Assembly (NCBI GenBank): GCA_013817065.1
Contig: JACDDJ010000001.1
Span: forward strand, 1 to 26,774
Source: Acidobacteriota bacterium
GTDB lineage: Bacteria > Acidobacteriota > Vicinamibacteria > Vicinamibacterales > 2-12-FULL-66-21
Reading direction: 5' to 3'
DNA: 26,774 nt
Below the pieces are notes generated by a model. The model was not told where the DNA came from, made no database searches, and saw only the letters and a list, made by a program, of their open reading frames with translations. Positions 16,559-24,302 of this stretch are shown here, in pieces (positions within the stretch are counted from its first letter, which is position 1; the number at the start of each line of letters is the position of its first letter). Both the position numbers and the translations under genes were made by a program.

Positions 16559-16570
16559 TCCGATCGGTCC

Positions 16571-19258
16571 TTACCGGAAGTTCGAGATCAGCACAGCGTC
16601 GCGCAATGCCGTGCCGCGCGCGAGCAGCACGGTGCCGTCGGCTGCCAGTGCGAATCGGGCGATCCCGAGATCGGAGAAGTTCGTCACCTTTTCGCGCGTG
16701 CCGCCCATGGCCGGGTGTTTCCAGATGTTCAGGCGTTCGGAAGTGGTGAAGAGCAGCGACTGGCCGTCGGGCGTCCAGGCGATGCTGCCGCTGCCGCTGG
16801 CCGGCATGAAGTCGGTGATGGTGTTGACCGGTTTGCCGGTGCCCGCGTCGAGGACGCCGAGGGTCAGTGCCGACTGCAGGTCCGCGCGGTAAAGGCCGGC
16901 CAGCAGCTTACCGTCGGGTGACGGCGCGGCGCGTTCGAAGAGGCGGGCGACGAGGGCCGGCTCGCCGCCGTCCGTCGACAGCCGGAAGGTCGCCGGTGTG
17001 CCCGCCTTTGAGGAGGTGAAATACAGTGAGCGTCCGTCGGGTGCCATTGCCAATGACGTCGGATCGTTCACCTCGGCAAGGCGACGTGGATCCGACCCGT
17101 CGCTGCGGGCGCGCCAGATGCCAATCGAGCCCTCGCGCTCAGCGCTGTAGAAGACAGATCGACCGTCCGGCGAGACGGCGATCCCGCTTGGCCGCACATC
17201 CGCAACCACCTCGCGCTGATCGGTCCCGTCGACGTTCATCGTCCAGATCTGCAGCTTCGAGCCCACCAGCTTCAGATAAAACATCCGCGGCTCGGCCGGG
17301 CTCCACGCGACCCCGTTCGCCCCGGCCGTCCGTCCTTCCGGCAAGAGCGTCTCCTCGCCTCCGCTCAACGGCATCACGCTCAGGCGCGACGTGGCTTCGA
17401 AGGTGACGCTGAGGAGGTGCTTGCCATCCGCGGTCACGCTGGCGTTGCGGTACTCGAGCATGTCGGTGGTGATCCGCTGCAACTCCCCCGACGGGAAGGG
17501 CTGGAGATACAGTTGCCCGCCGTTTCCGCTCGAGTACATTCCCGGCACCCGCCCGGAAACGACGATCCCGGAACCGTCCGGCATCCATCGCAGGAACGTG
17601 GCATTGGCGAAGACGGCTGGAAAGGCGGTCTCGGACCGATCGTTGACATCGAACAACACCAGGCCGGCAGTGCGAGTCTGCGAGTTGCGGATTGTCGCGG
17701 CGATTCGGCGACCATCCGGTGACCACGACGGTGCGGCGTAGAACGCCGGGGCGAAGAACTCGGGATCCCGGCGCGTGACGAACGCGGTCGGGGACTCACC
17801 GCCCGCTCCCGCTATCACGATCGAGCTGGACCCGTCGGCGGACTCGACCCGGTAATAGGCGATCCTCGAGCCGTCGGGGGAGACCGTGACGGCGCTGTCA
17901 ATGCCCGTCAGCAAGGCTCTCGCGGACCCGCCGAGGGTTGGAATGTTGAAGAGCACGCCGCGCGGCTCGGCGGGGACCTTGACCGCGTAGTAGATGGACG
18001 TCGCATCGGCAGAGAACGTAATCCCCCAGAACCCGCCGTCGGTCTGGGCCAGTTGAAGTGGTCTGCCGCCTCTCGTTTGTCTGAGCCAGAGACCCTGACG
18101 TCCCGCTGCCGACTCGACATACGCGACGTACTTTCCGTCGCCAGAGATGACCGCGTCGATGACGTTGCCGCTGTTGGTGATTCGTTCGAAGGTAAGTTGC
18201 GCGGCTGAGGACGCCGGGTCCCGCGGGCGCCACATCCATGCGGCAGCCGCGATGATGGCGACGACGAGGACGGCAGCCATTCCAATGAGAAGCGCCCGCG
18301 AGCGCGGTGCCGCTGCGGGAATTGCCGCGGTCGCCATCGCGGGCGCCGACCCGGAATCCAGCTCGCGGCGCAGGTCGCGCAGATCGAGCGCGACCTCCTT
18401 CATCGACTGGTAGCGCTCGTCCGGGCTCTTGGCCAGGCACTTACGGACGATCCGCTGCAACTCGGTTGGGGCGGCCGGCGCGAGCTGGACGATCGGCGAG
18501 GGCTGCACATAAATGATCTTGTGCAGGGTGTCGACGGCCGAGGCTCCGCTGAACGGACGCGCCCCGGTCGTCGCCTCGTACAGGATGCAGCCGAAGGAGA
18601 AGATGTCGGACCGGTGGTCGACGGCCATGCCCTGCGCCTGCTCGGGTGACATGTATCCAACGGTGCCCATGACCACGCCGGGCGCGGTTCCGGATCCGCC
18701 CGGGATCTGCGTGACCGTCGCATCGCCCGCGGCCTGCGCCGCGACCGGAGGGTCCTTGCGAAGTTTCGCCAGCCCGAAATCGAGGACCTTCGCGTAGCCG
18801 TCCCCGACCATCAGATTTTCCGGCTTCAGATCGCGATGGACGATGCCGGCGGCGTGAGCGGCGGCGAGCGCGTCGGCCGCCTGGGCCAGGTAATCGAGCG
18901 TGCGCTTCAGATCCAGGCGACGGCTGTCGAACAGCTGGCGCAACGTCTCGCCCTGTACCAGCTCCATGGCGATGAAATGGACCTTGTGGCCGACGCCGTC
19001 CGGGACCGCTTCGCCGATTTCGTAAATGGAGACCAGATGCGGATGGTTGAGGGCGGAGGCGGTGCGCGCTTCCTGCTTGAAACGCGACAGGCGGTCCGCG
19101 TCGCCGACCAGCGCTTCGGGCAGGACCTTCAGTGCCACCGGGCGCTGCAGCTCCAGGTCTTCAGCCCGGTAGACCTCGCCCATGCCGCCGCGTCCGAGCA
19201 ACGGACCGACGCGGTAGCGGCCGATTGTCTTGCCTGAAAGCCAGGCTGAGGCGCTCAT
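16571..19258 (-). CDS. Membrane Ser/Thr protein kinase with TolB-like (PD40) beta-propeller ectodomain
   Basis: GRGGMGEV, VALK, HRDLKPEN, DFG, YMSPE; TM segment LLIGMAAVLVVAIIAAAAWMW; repeated SPDG/WSPDG motifs. ATG 19258 is preferred over 19294. Confidence 0.93.
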   Translation of the reverse strand: MSASAWLSGKTIGRYRVGPLLGRGGMGEVYRAEDLELQRPVALKVLPEALVGDADRLSRFKQEARTASALNHPHLVSIYEIGEAVPDGVGHKVHFIAMELVQGETLRQLFDSRRLDLKRTLDYLAQAADALAAAHAAGIVHRDLKPENLMVGDGYAKVLDFGLAKLRKDPPVAAQAAGDATVTQIPGGSGTAPGVVMGTVGYMSPEQAQGMAVDHRSDIFSFGCILYEATTGARPFSGASAVDTLHKIIYVQPSPIVQLAPAAPTELQRIVRKCLAKSPDERYQSMKEVALDLRDLRRELDSGSAPAMATAAIPAAAPRSRALLIGMAAVLVVAIIAAAAWMWRPRDPASSAAQLTFERITNSGNVIDAVISGDGKYVAYVESAAGRQGLWLRQTRGGRPLQLAQTDGGFWGITFSADATSIYYAVKVPAEPRGVLFNIPTLGGSARALLTGIDSAVTVSPDGSRIAYYRVESADGSSSIVIAGAGGESPTAFVTRRDPEFFAPAFYAAPSWSPDGRRIAATIRNSQTRTAGLVLFDVNDRSETAFPAVFANATFLRWMPDGSGIVVSGRVPGMYSSGNGGQLYLQPFPSGELQRITTDMLEYRNASVTADGKHLLSVTFEATSRLSVMPLSGGEETLLPEGRTAGANGVAWSPAEPRMFYLKLVGSKLQIWTMNVDGTDQREVVADVRPSGIAVSPDGRSVFYSAEREGSIGIWRARSDGSDPRRLAEVNDPTSLAMAPDGRSLYFTSSKAGTPATFRLSTDGGEPALVARLFERAAPSPDGKLLAGLYRADLQSALTLGVLDAGTGKPVNTITDFMPASGSGSIAWTPDGQSLLFTTSERLNIWKHPAMGGTREKVTNFSDLGIARFALAADGTVLLARGTALRDAVLISNFR

Positions 19259-19269
19259 CGTAAGGAGGG

Positions 19270-19308
19270 ATCTTACCGCGACTGCCGGTGGCAATATCCG
19301 GGTAACAT
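19270..19308. promoter_or_regulatory. Divergent -10 hexamers TAAGAT (- strand, 19270-19275) and TAACAT (+ strand, 19303-19308)
   Basis: TAACAT is 6 nt before ATG 19315, which has no SD. TAAGAT is 11 nt before ATG 19258. Confidence 0.45.
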
Positions 19309-19314
19309 TCGCGG

Positions 19315-21078
19315 ATGCTGAAGAGATCGATCGGGATCGGAGCGGTGGCCGGGACGCTCGGGTTCACTGTTGCGGCACTCGGTGCGCAGCAGCCGCCCGC
19401 TCAACTCCCATCCGCCAACCTGCAATACGCCGCGTTCAAGACGCGGTTCGCGCCGGACGGCACGTTCAAGCTCGAAGGCATCGGCTGGCCACCCTTCAGC
19501 GGAACCTGGAAGAGCGAGCGCGACGAGGTGACGCTGCTCACGACCGGCGGACCACCCGACACCTGCGCCGCCCCCGCCCGCTACCGTTTTCAGATCGACA
19601 AGACCCGCGTCAAGCTCGCTGTGGTTGCCGATGATTGCGTGCTTCGGCGGATGATCCTCAACGAGAGTACCTGGCTGCCGGAAGGTGAAGCCGCGCCGAT
19701 ACCGGAGCGGCGAATCGTGCGCAGCGGTCCGCCCCGGCCACCAGCGTTGCCGAAGGCCGCGGCCCCGAAAGGCAGCTGGCCGTCGTTTCGCGGGCCTGAC
19801 GCATCGGGCGTCGCCGATGGCCAAAACCTTCCCGACCGATGGGACGTCAAGACCGGCGAGAACATTCTCTGGCGCATACCGATTCCAGGACTCGCGCACT
19901 CCAGTCCGGTCGTGTGGGGCGAGCGTCTCTTCGTGACGTCCGCGATCAGCAGCAAGCCGGGCGCGACCTTCAAGCCCGGTCTCTACGGCGACGGCGATGC
20001 CTCGGACGATTCATCGCCACACAAGTTCATGCTCTACGCGGTCGACAAGCGTACCGGCAAGATTGCGTGGGAGCGCGTTGCCTTCGAGGGGCCACCGCGC
20101 AACAAGCGCCACATCAAGTCCACGTATGCCAGCGCGTCGCCCGCCACGGACGGTCGCGTTGTCGTGGCCTGGTTTGGTTCGCAGGGCGTCCACGCCTACG
20201 ACGTGACCGGCAAACCGCTGTGGCAGGTCGATATCGGCACAGTCGACATGGGCGCCTATGACATCCCGTCCTTCGAGTGGGGTCCCGCGAGTTCGCCGAT
20301 CATCTGGAACGACCTCGTGCTGCTGCAGGTCGACACCCAGACCGACTCGTTCCTGCTCGCGCTGGACGTCGCCACCGGCGAGACGGTGTGGAAGACGGAC
20401 CGCGCTGAGCTTCCTTCGTGGGGAACGCCGACTGTCATCACTACGACTGCCGGCGACGAGCTGGTGACCAACGCATCCAACTACATCCGCGGCTACGATC
20501 CGCGCACCGGCAAGGAGCTGTGGCGGCTTGGCGGCAGCTCGAAGATCAGCGCCCCGACACCCTTCTTCGCGCCGGCGGCCCCTGGTTCGCCGGACGGCCT
20601 CATCATCCTCACCAGTGGACGTCGTCCGGAGCAGCCGATCTTCGCAGTTCGCCCCGGCGCGCGTGGCGACCTCAGTCTTCCGAAGGGCGAGACGAGCAGC
20701 CCCGCGGTCGCGTGGAGCAAGACAGGTCGCGGCGCCTACATGCCGACCCCAATCCTCTACGACTCGATCCTCTATGTGATTGCCAACAACGGTGTGTTCG
20801 ATGCCTACGACCCGAAGACCGGCGCGGAGATCTACCGCCAGCGCGCGGAACCCGTGGGCAGCGGCTTCAGCGCCTCGCCGGTCGCTGCGGATGGACGCAT
20901 CTATCTCTCCAGCGAGGACGGCGACATCATCGTCGTTGCCGCCGGACGCGAGTTCAAACCGATCGCCGTCAACGCGATGGGGGATCTCGTGATGGCGACG
21001 CCGGCCCTGTCTGACGGGGTGATGTACGTGCGGTCGGCATCGAGCCTGACGGCAATTGGCAGGAAGAAAGCGAAGTAA
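19315..21078 (+). CDS. Secreted PQQ-binding-like (BamB-like) beta-propeller protein with an extra N-terminal domain
   Basis: Signal peptide, [45 protein letters not shown] motifs. Confidence 0.9.
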   Translation: MLKRSIGIGAVAGTLGFTVAALGAQQPPAQLPSANLQYAAFKTRFAPDGTFKLEGIGWPPFSGTWKSERDEVTLLTTGGPPDTCAAPARYRFQIDKTRVKLAVVADDCVLRRMILNESTWLPEGEAAPIPERRIVRSGPPRPPALPKAAAPKGSWPSFRGPDASGVADGQNLPDRWDVKTGENILWRIPIPGLAHSSPVVWGERLFVTSAISSKPGATFKPGLYGDGDASDDSSPHKFMLYAVDKRTGKIAWERVAFEGPPRNKRHIKSTYASASPATDGRVVVAWFGSQGVHAYDVTGKPLWQVDIGTVDMGAYDIPSFEWGPASSPIIWNDLVLLQVDTQTDSFLLALDVATGETVWKTDRAELPSWGTPTVITTTAGDELVTNASNYIRGYDPRTGKELWRLGGSSKISAPTPFFAPAAPGSPDGLIILTSGRRPEQPIFAVRPGARGDLSLPKGETSSPAVAWSKTGRGAYMPTPILYDSILYVIANNGVFDAYDPKTGAEIYRQRAEPVGSGFSASPVAADGRIYLSSEDGDIIVVAAGREFKPIAVNAMGDLVMATPALSDGVMYVRSASSLTAIGRKKAK

Positions 21079-21108
21079 GGTGCTGCACGGTGGAGCTATA
21101 CCGGGCGA

Positions 21109-21124
21109 CGGCCCCGGACTTGCG
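21109..21124 (+). promoter_or_regulatory. Sigma54-type -24/-12 element CGGCCCCGGACTTGCG
   Basis: GG-N10-GC with TT before GC, 12 nt upstream of a small ORF. Confidence 0.5.
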
Positions 21125-21135
21125 ATGGTCATGGC

Positions 21136-21282
21136 ATGACCACCAACACGCCCAATCCACAGCCCTCTCCGTCGCAGCCCTCTCCGGCGCAGCCGGCACC
21201 GGCGCAGCCGGCAACTGAGCCCACGCCGGGGCCGCGGCCATCGCAGCCGCCGGTACCCCAGCCGCCGAGCCCGACGGCATAG
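21136..21282 (+). CDS. Pro-rich microprotein 2 (48 aa): MTTNTPNPQPSPSQPSPAQPAPAQPATEPTPGPRPSQPPVPQPPSPTA
   Basis: Manual translation. It fills the PQQ-DUF4159 gap, has an in-frame 15-bp repeat, and shares its N-terminus with 7267..7401. Confidence 0.62.
   Translation: MTTNTPNPQPSPSQPSPAQPAPAQPATEPTPGPRPSQPPVPQPPSPTA
21160..21219 (+). repeat. Four degenerate 15-bp tandem units encoding QPSPS/QPSPA/QPAPA/QPATE
   Basis: cagccctctccgtcg cagccctctccggcg cagccggcaccggcg cagccggcaactgag. Confidence 0.85.
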
Positions 21283-21321
21283 GCTCGCCGCTGTCGAGGT
21301 CGGGCAGTCAGCCGCTGCGAA

Positions 21322-22125
21322 ATGCGGGGGCTGGATCACGTATTCTTCCGGTTAGGAATGGGTACAGGCGCTCGCTCACGCGTCGCGATCGTGATCGCCA
21401 TCACGCTGCTGCTGATCCTGCCGCTCTCTGCTCAACGCCGCGGGCGCTTCGGCGGGTTCGGTTCACTACCCGCCGCGGGAGCGTCGATCCCGTACGACGG
21501 CCAGTTCACCATCGTCCGGCTGTGGTATGGGAACTACGGCGGCTGGTCGTTCGACTACCCCGACATGGAGCAGACCCTCACGCTCATCCTGAACGAGCTG
21601 ACGTTATTGCCGGTGAGAAAGCACGGCAGCAACATCCTGCGCATGGATGATCCGGAGCTGATGCAGTTCCCGATCGCGTATCTGTCGGAGCCGGGCTACT
21701 GGTATCCGACCGAGAGTGAAGCGGAAGGGCTGCGGACGTATCTCGCCAAAGGCGGCTTCCTGATCGTCGATGACTTTCACTTCGAGCAGGAATGGCGCGT
21801 GTTCGAGGCGGCGATGAAGACGGTCCTGCCCGATGCGCGGATCGATCAGCTGCCGCTGCATCACCAGGTGTTCAACGCGTTTTTCTCGATCAAGTCACTG
21901 GACGTGCCGTATCCCGGACGGCTTGGCGAGAGCGGCCTGATGGGGGAGTTCTACGGCATCCACGAAGACAACGACCCGGCGAACCGCCTGATGGTGGTCA
22001 TCAACTACAACATGGATGTCGGCGACTACATGGAGCACTCCGGGCGCGGCTGGTATTCAGCGGCTCCGACGAACGAGGCGTTCAAGTTCGGCGTGAATTA
22101 CTTCATGTATGGTCTGACGCACTAG
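21322..22125 (+). CDS. DUF4159 domain-containing exported protein
   Basis: YDGQFTIVRLWY, WSFDYP, PIAYLSEPGYW, YLAKGGFLIVDDF, RLMVVINYNMDVGDY, AFKFGVNY. The start may be ATG 21358. Confidence 0.85.
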   Translation: MRGLDHVFFRLGMGTGARSRVAIVIAITLLLILPLSAQRRGRFGGFGSLPAAGASIPYDGQFTIVRLWYGNYGGWSFDYPDMEQTLTLILNELTLLPVRKHGSNILRMDDPELMQFPIAYLSEPGYWYPTESEAEGLRTYLAKGGFLIVDDFHFEQEWRVFEAAMKTVLPDARIDQLPLHHQVFNAFFSIKSLDVPYPGRLGESGLMGEFYGIHEDNDPANRLMVVINYNMDVGDYMEHSGRGWYSAAPTNEAFKFGVNYFMYGLTH

Positions 22126-22156
22126 CCAGCTTCGGCGCCCCGCTGAGGCCGGACGC

Positions 22157-22546
22157 TCAGTCGTGCTGGTGCGAAGCCGGCAGCCCGAACTTCTCGACCG
22201 TCTCGCCTTCGAAGTCGAACTCGATCAACACCGCTGGCTCGCCGCCGAGCACGGCCCCGTCGTGGCCGGGATCGATTTCGACCGGCATCGGCGCCACGAA
22301 GTCAACCGTGCAGCCGTCGGCGTAGCGGATCTCGATGTGACCGCTCACCAGGAACCCCACGTGCGCGTGCATGCAGTAGTCGCTGCCGACCAGGGCCTTC
22401 ATGTCCCGGGACCACCGGAAGCCCGCCGGATAGACCACCCGTTTCACCCGACCGGTGCCGACGCGGGCGATGTCCATGACGACACCCGCAACCTCGCGAC
22501 GCTCTGCGCCTTTGACCGGTCCCACGTTCGGATCACTTGTCGCCAT
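22157..22546 (-). CDS. Cupin domain protein
   Basis: VYPAGFRWS...CMHAHVGFLVSG...IDPGHDG cupin motifs. ATG 22546 has a GGAGG RBS; the track start 22582 lies inside a TACAAT -10 hexamer. Confidence 0.82.
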   Translation of the reverse strand: MATSDPNVGPVKGAERREVAGVVMDIARVGTGRVKRVVYPAGFRWSRDMKALVGSDYCMHAHVGFLVSGHIEIRYADGCTVDFVAPMPVEIDPGHDGAVLGGEPAVLIEFDFEGETVEKFGLPASHQHD

Positions 22547-22678
22547 GCTCAGCCCTCCGGCGTAAACGGATTGAGCGGCCATTGTAGGCTAACGCGAACG
22601 AGCCGGCTCAGCGCGATTCGAGTTTCGCGGGCCACCGCTCGAGCTTCATTAACCGATCTGTTCGCAGAGAATAGGGGA

Positions 22679-23249
22679 ATGCCGACTCTGCCCAAGGCCT
22701 CGCGCAGAACAACGTCGTCTTCCAAGGGGCAGGCACGCGTCCGATCATGTTCTCGCATGGGTTCGGTTGCGACCAGAACATGTGGCGCTACGTGGTGCCG
22801 CGGTTTGAGTCGGACTATCGCGTGGTGCTGTTCGACCACATCGGCGCCGGCGGGTCCGACCTCACCGCATATGACGCCCGTCGCCACGGCTCCCTCGAAG
22901 GCTACGCCGAGGACGTCCTCGAGATCTGCCGCGCGGCTGACCTGTCGGACGTCGTCTTTCTCGGACACTCTGTCAGCGCCATGATCGGCGCGATCGCGGC
23001 CGGACGTGAGCCAGACCGGTTCCGTGCGCTGGTCATGGTCGGGCCCTCGCCCCGCTACGTCAACGACGGTGATTACGCCGGGGGATTCAGCCGCGAAGAC
23101 ATTGACGGCCTGCTGGGCTCGCTCGACAGCAACTACCTGGGATGGTCCAGCGCGATGGCGCCCGTGGGCAACCCGGACCGGCCGGAGCTCGGCGAGGAAC
23201 TGACCAACAGCTTCTGCCGACCGATCCCGACATCGCCCGCACGTTCGCG
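22679..23249 (+). pseudogene. rsbQ: RsbQ-like alpha/beta hydrolase, frameshifted and 3'-truncated
   Basis: NNV...MFSHGFGCDQNMW, GHSVSAMIG, GPSPRY, NSFCRTDP. There is a 1-nt shift right after ATG 22679, another at about 23220, and homology ends at IARTFA. Confidence 0.8.
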
Positions 23250-23474
23250 CTGCTGAACGTGCGGCTCGCGGAAGGGGACGTCGCAGCGGCAGCCTCTGCA
23301 TTCCACAATGTGGGTATCGACGATCCGCGCAGCTCGCCGCCTGCCGTCTTCGCCTTGATCCCTTCGACGTGGGACAAGGGACCGTCCAACCCGGGAATGG
23401 CGTGCTGGATGTGGTCCCAAAGGCCGGTCGATCCGTCTGTTCTCTTCGCGAAGCTCGCCGCCGTCCGCACTTGA
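23250..23474 (+). pseudogene. C-terminal half of an atypical receiver (CheY-like) domain fused to the rsbQ fragment
   Basis: LLNVRLAEGD...PPAVFALI...QRPVDPSVLFAKL parallels LLDxxLPDGD...PPVIxLT...KPxDxxxLxxxL. Confidence 0.45.
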
Positions 23475-23507
23475 GTGCCGGAGGGCGTCGTTCGGATGCG
23501 CAAAACG

Positions 23508-23523
23508 TGGCATCACGATTGCT
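23508..23523 (+). promoter_or_regulatory. Strong sigma54 -24/-12 element TGGCATCACGATTGCT
   Basis: Near-consensus TGGCA-N6-TTGCT with exact GG-N10-GC spacing. Confidence 0.75.
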
Positions 23524-23533
23524 GTTAGTGATG

Positions 23534-23620
23534 TCAGCTGCGCTCGAACCCCACTCTGGGGTTACGACACCTACCCATCCCCACTGACGGGAGGCGAACT
23601 GTGCCTCCCGACCTGTCCTT
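23534..23620 (+). ncRNA. Candidate sigma54-dependent small RNA (or structured leader) with two hairpins
   Basis: Stems AACCCC/GGGGTT (23547-23563) and CGGGAGGC/GCCTCCCG (23588-23610) downstream of the promoter. Confidence 0.3.
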
Positions 23621-23688
23621 CCTCTCGACCTGCACTATGCTGTCTCTCCTGTCACTGCACTGCATTCCACATTCGAGGAGAAGTTCCT

Positions 23689-24241
23689 ATGCGTTTCACC
23701 GTCCGCCTGACTGCCCTGGCTGCCGCCGCACTACTCACATTAGCAATGCCGGAGCTGCCCAGACCCATGAAGGTGTCATGGGCGACCTTATTCGCGACCT
23801 GACCCAGGTAGAAAAGAAGGTGATCGATCTGGCTAAGGCGATGCCGGCCGCTGCCTATGAGTGGCGGGCCGGGAAGGCGCGTACCACCAGCGAGGTGCTG
23901 ATGCACATCGCGGCGGACAACTATTTCTTCCCCGCCGTCCTGGGAATGCCCGCACCAGCCGCGACCGGGATCACGAAGGAGTATCCGACCGCTGCGGCGT
24001 TCGAGAAGAAGGTGCTCGGTGTGAGGCGCTGATCGCGGAGCTGGAAACGTCGTTCGCGTTCCTGAAGGCGTCGATGACCGCGGTGCCGGATGCGACGTTG
24101 AATGAGCCGATCGAAGTGTTCGGCGAGAAGAACACCAACCGCGGCATGTGGATCATGGCGACGGCGCACCTGCACGAGCATCTCGGTCAGCTGATCGCCT
24201 ACGCGCGCGCCAACAATGTGACGCCGCCCTGGAGTAAGTAA
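23689..24241 (+). pseudogene. Exported DinB family protein interrupted by two single-base frameshifts
   Basis: GAGGAG RBS and signal peptide MRFTVRLTALAAAALLTLA, then EKKVIDLAKAMPAAAYEWR...EVLMHIAADNY in a second frame, then HLHEHLGQLIAYARANNVTPPWS in a third frame. Confidence 0.82.
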
Positions 24242-24260
24242 CAAACGCCTCCCGCCCGGG

Positions 24261-24289
24261 CACCGGGGACCGACTCGCGATCCCCGGTG
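24261..24289. terminator. Hairpin between convergent dinB and stress-protein genes
   Basis: CACCGGGGA-N11-TCCCCGGTG perfect 9-bp stem. Confidence 0.6.
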
Positions 24290-24302
24290 TCGTCTTCAGC
24301 GC

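Noticed and set aside
5230-19258. Functional link between the SelO pseudokinase and the two Ser/Thr kinases
   Set aside because: They are in separate transcription units with unrelated genes between them, and nothing in the sequence beyond proximity supports a link.
21160-21219. Tandem repeat as a CRISPR array or mobile-element end
   Set aside because: Units are contiguous 15-mers with no spacers, in frame with an ORF, and there are no cas or transposase genes.
20011-21339. 442-aa minus-strand ORF, and 20969..21280 with AAP repeats
   Set aside because: Antisense to the PQQ gene and to microprotein 2; the repeats are the reverse reading of the QPxPx repeat.
23601-23688. Track N-terminus MPPDLSFLSTCT... 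for the DinB protein
   Set aside because: An RBS and signal peptide at ATG 23689 in another frame explain the gene better.
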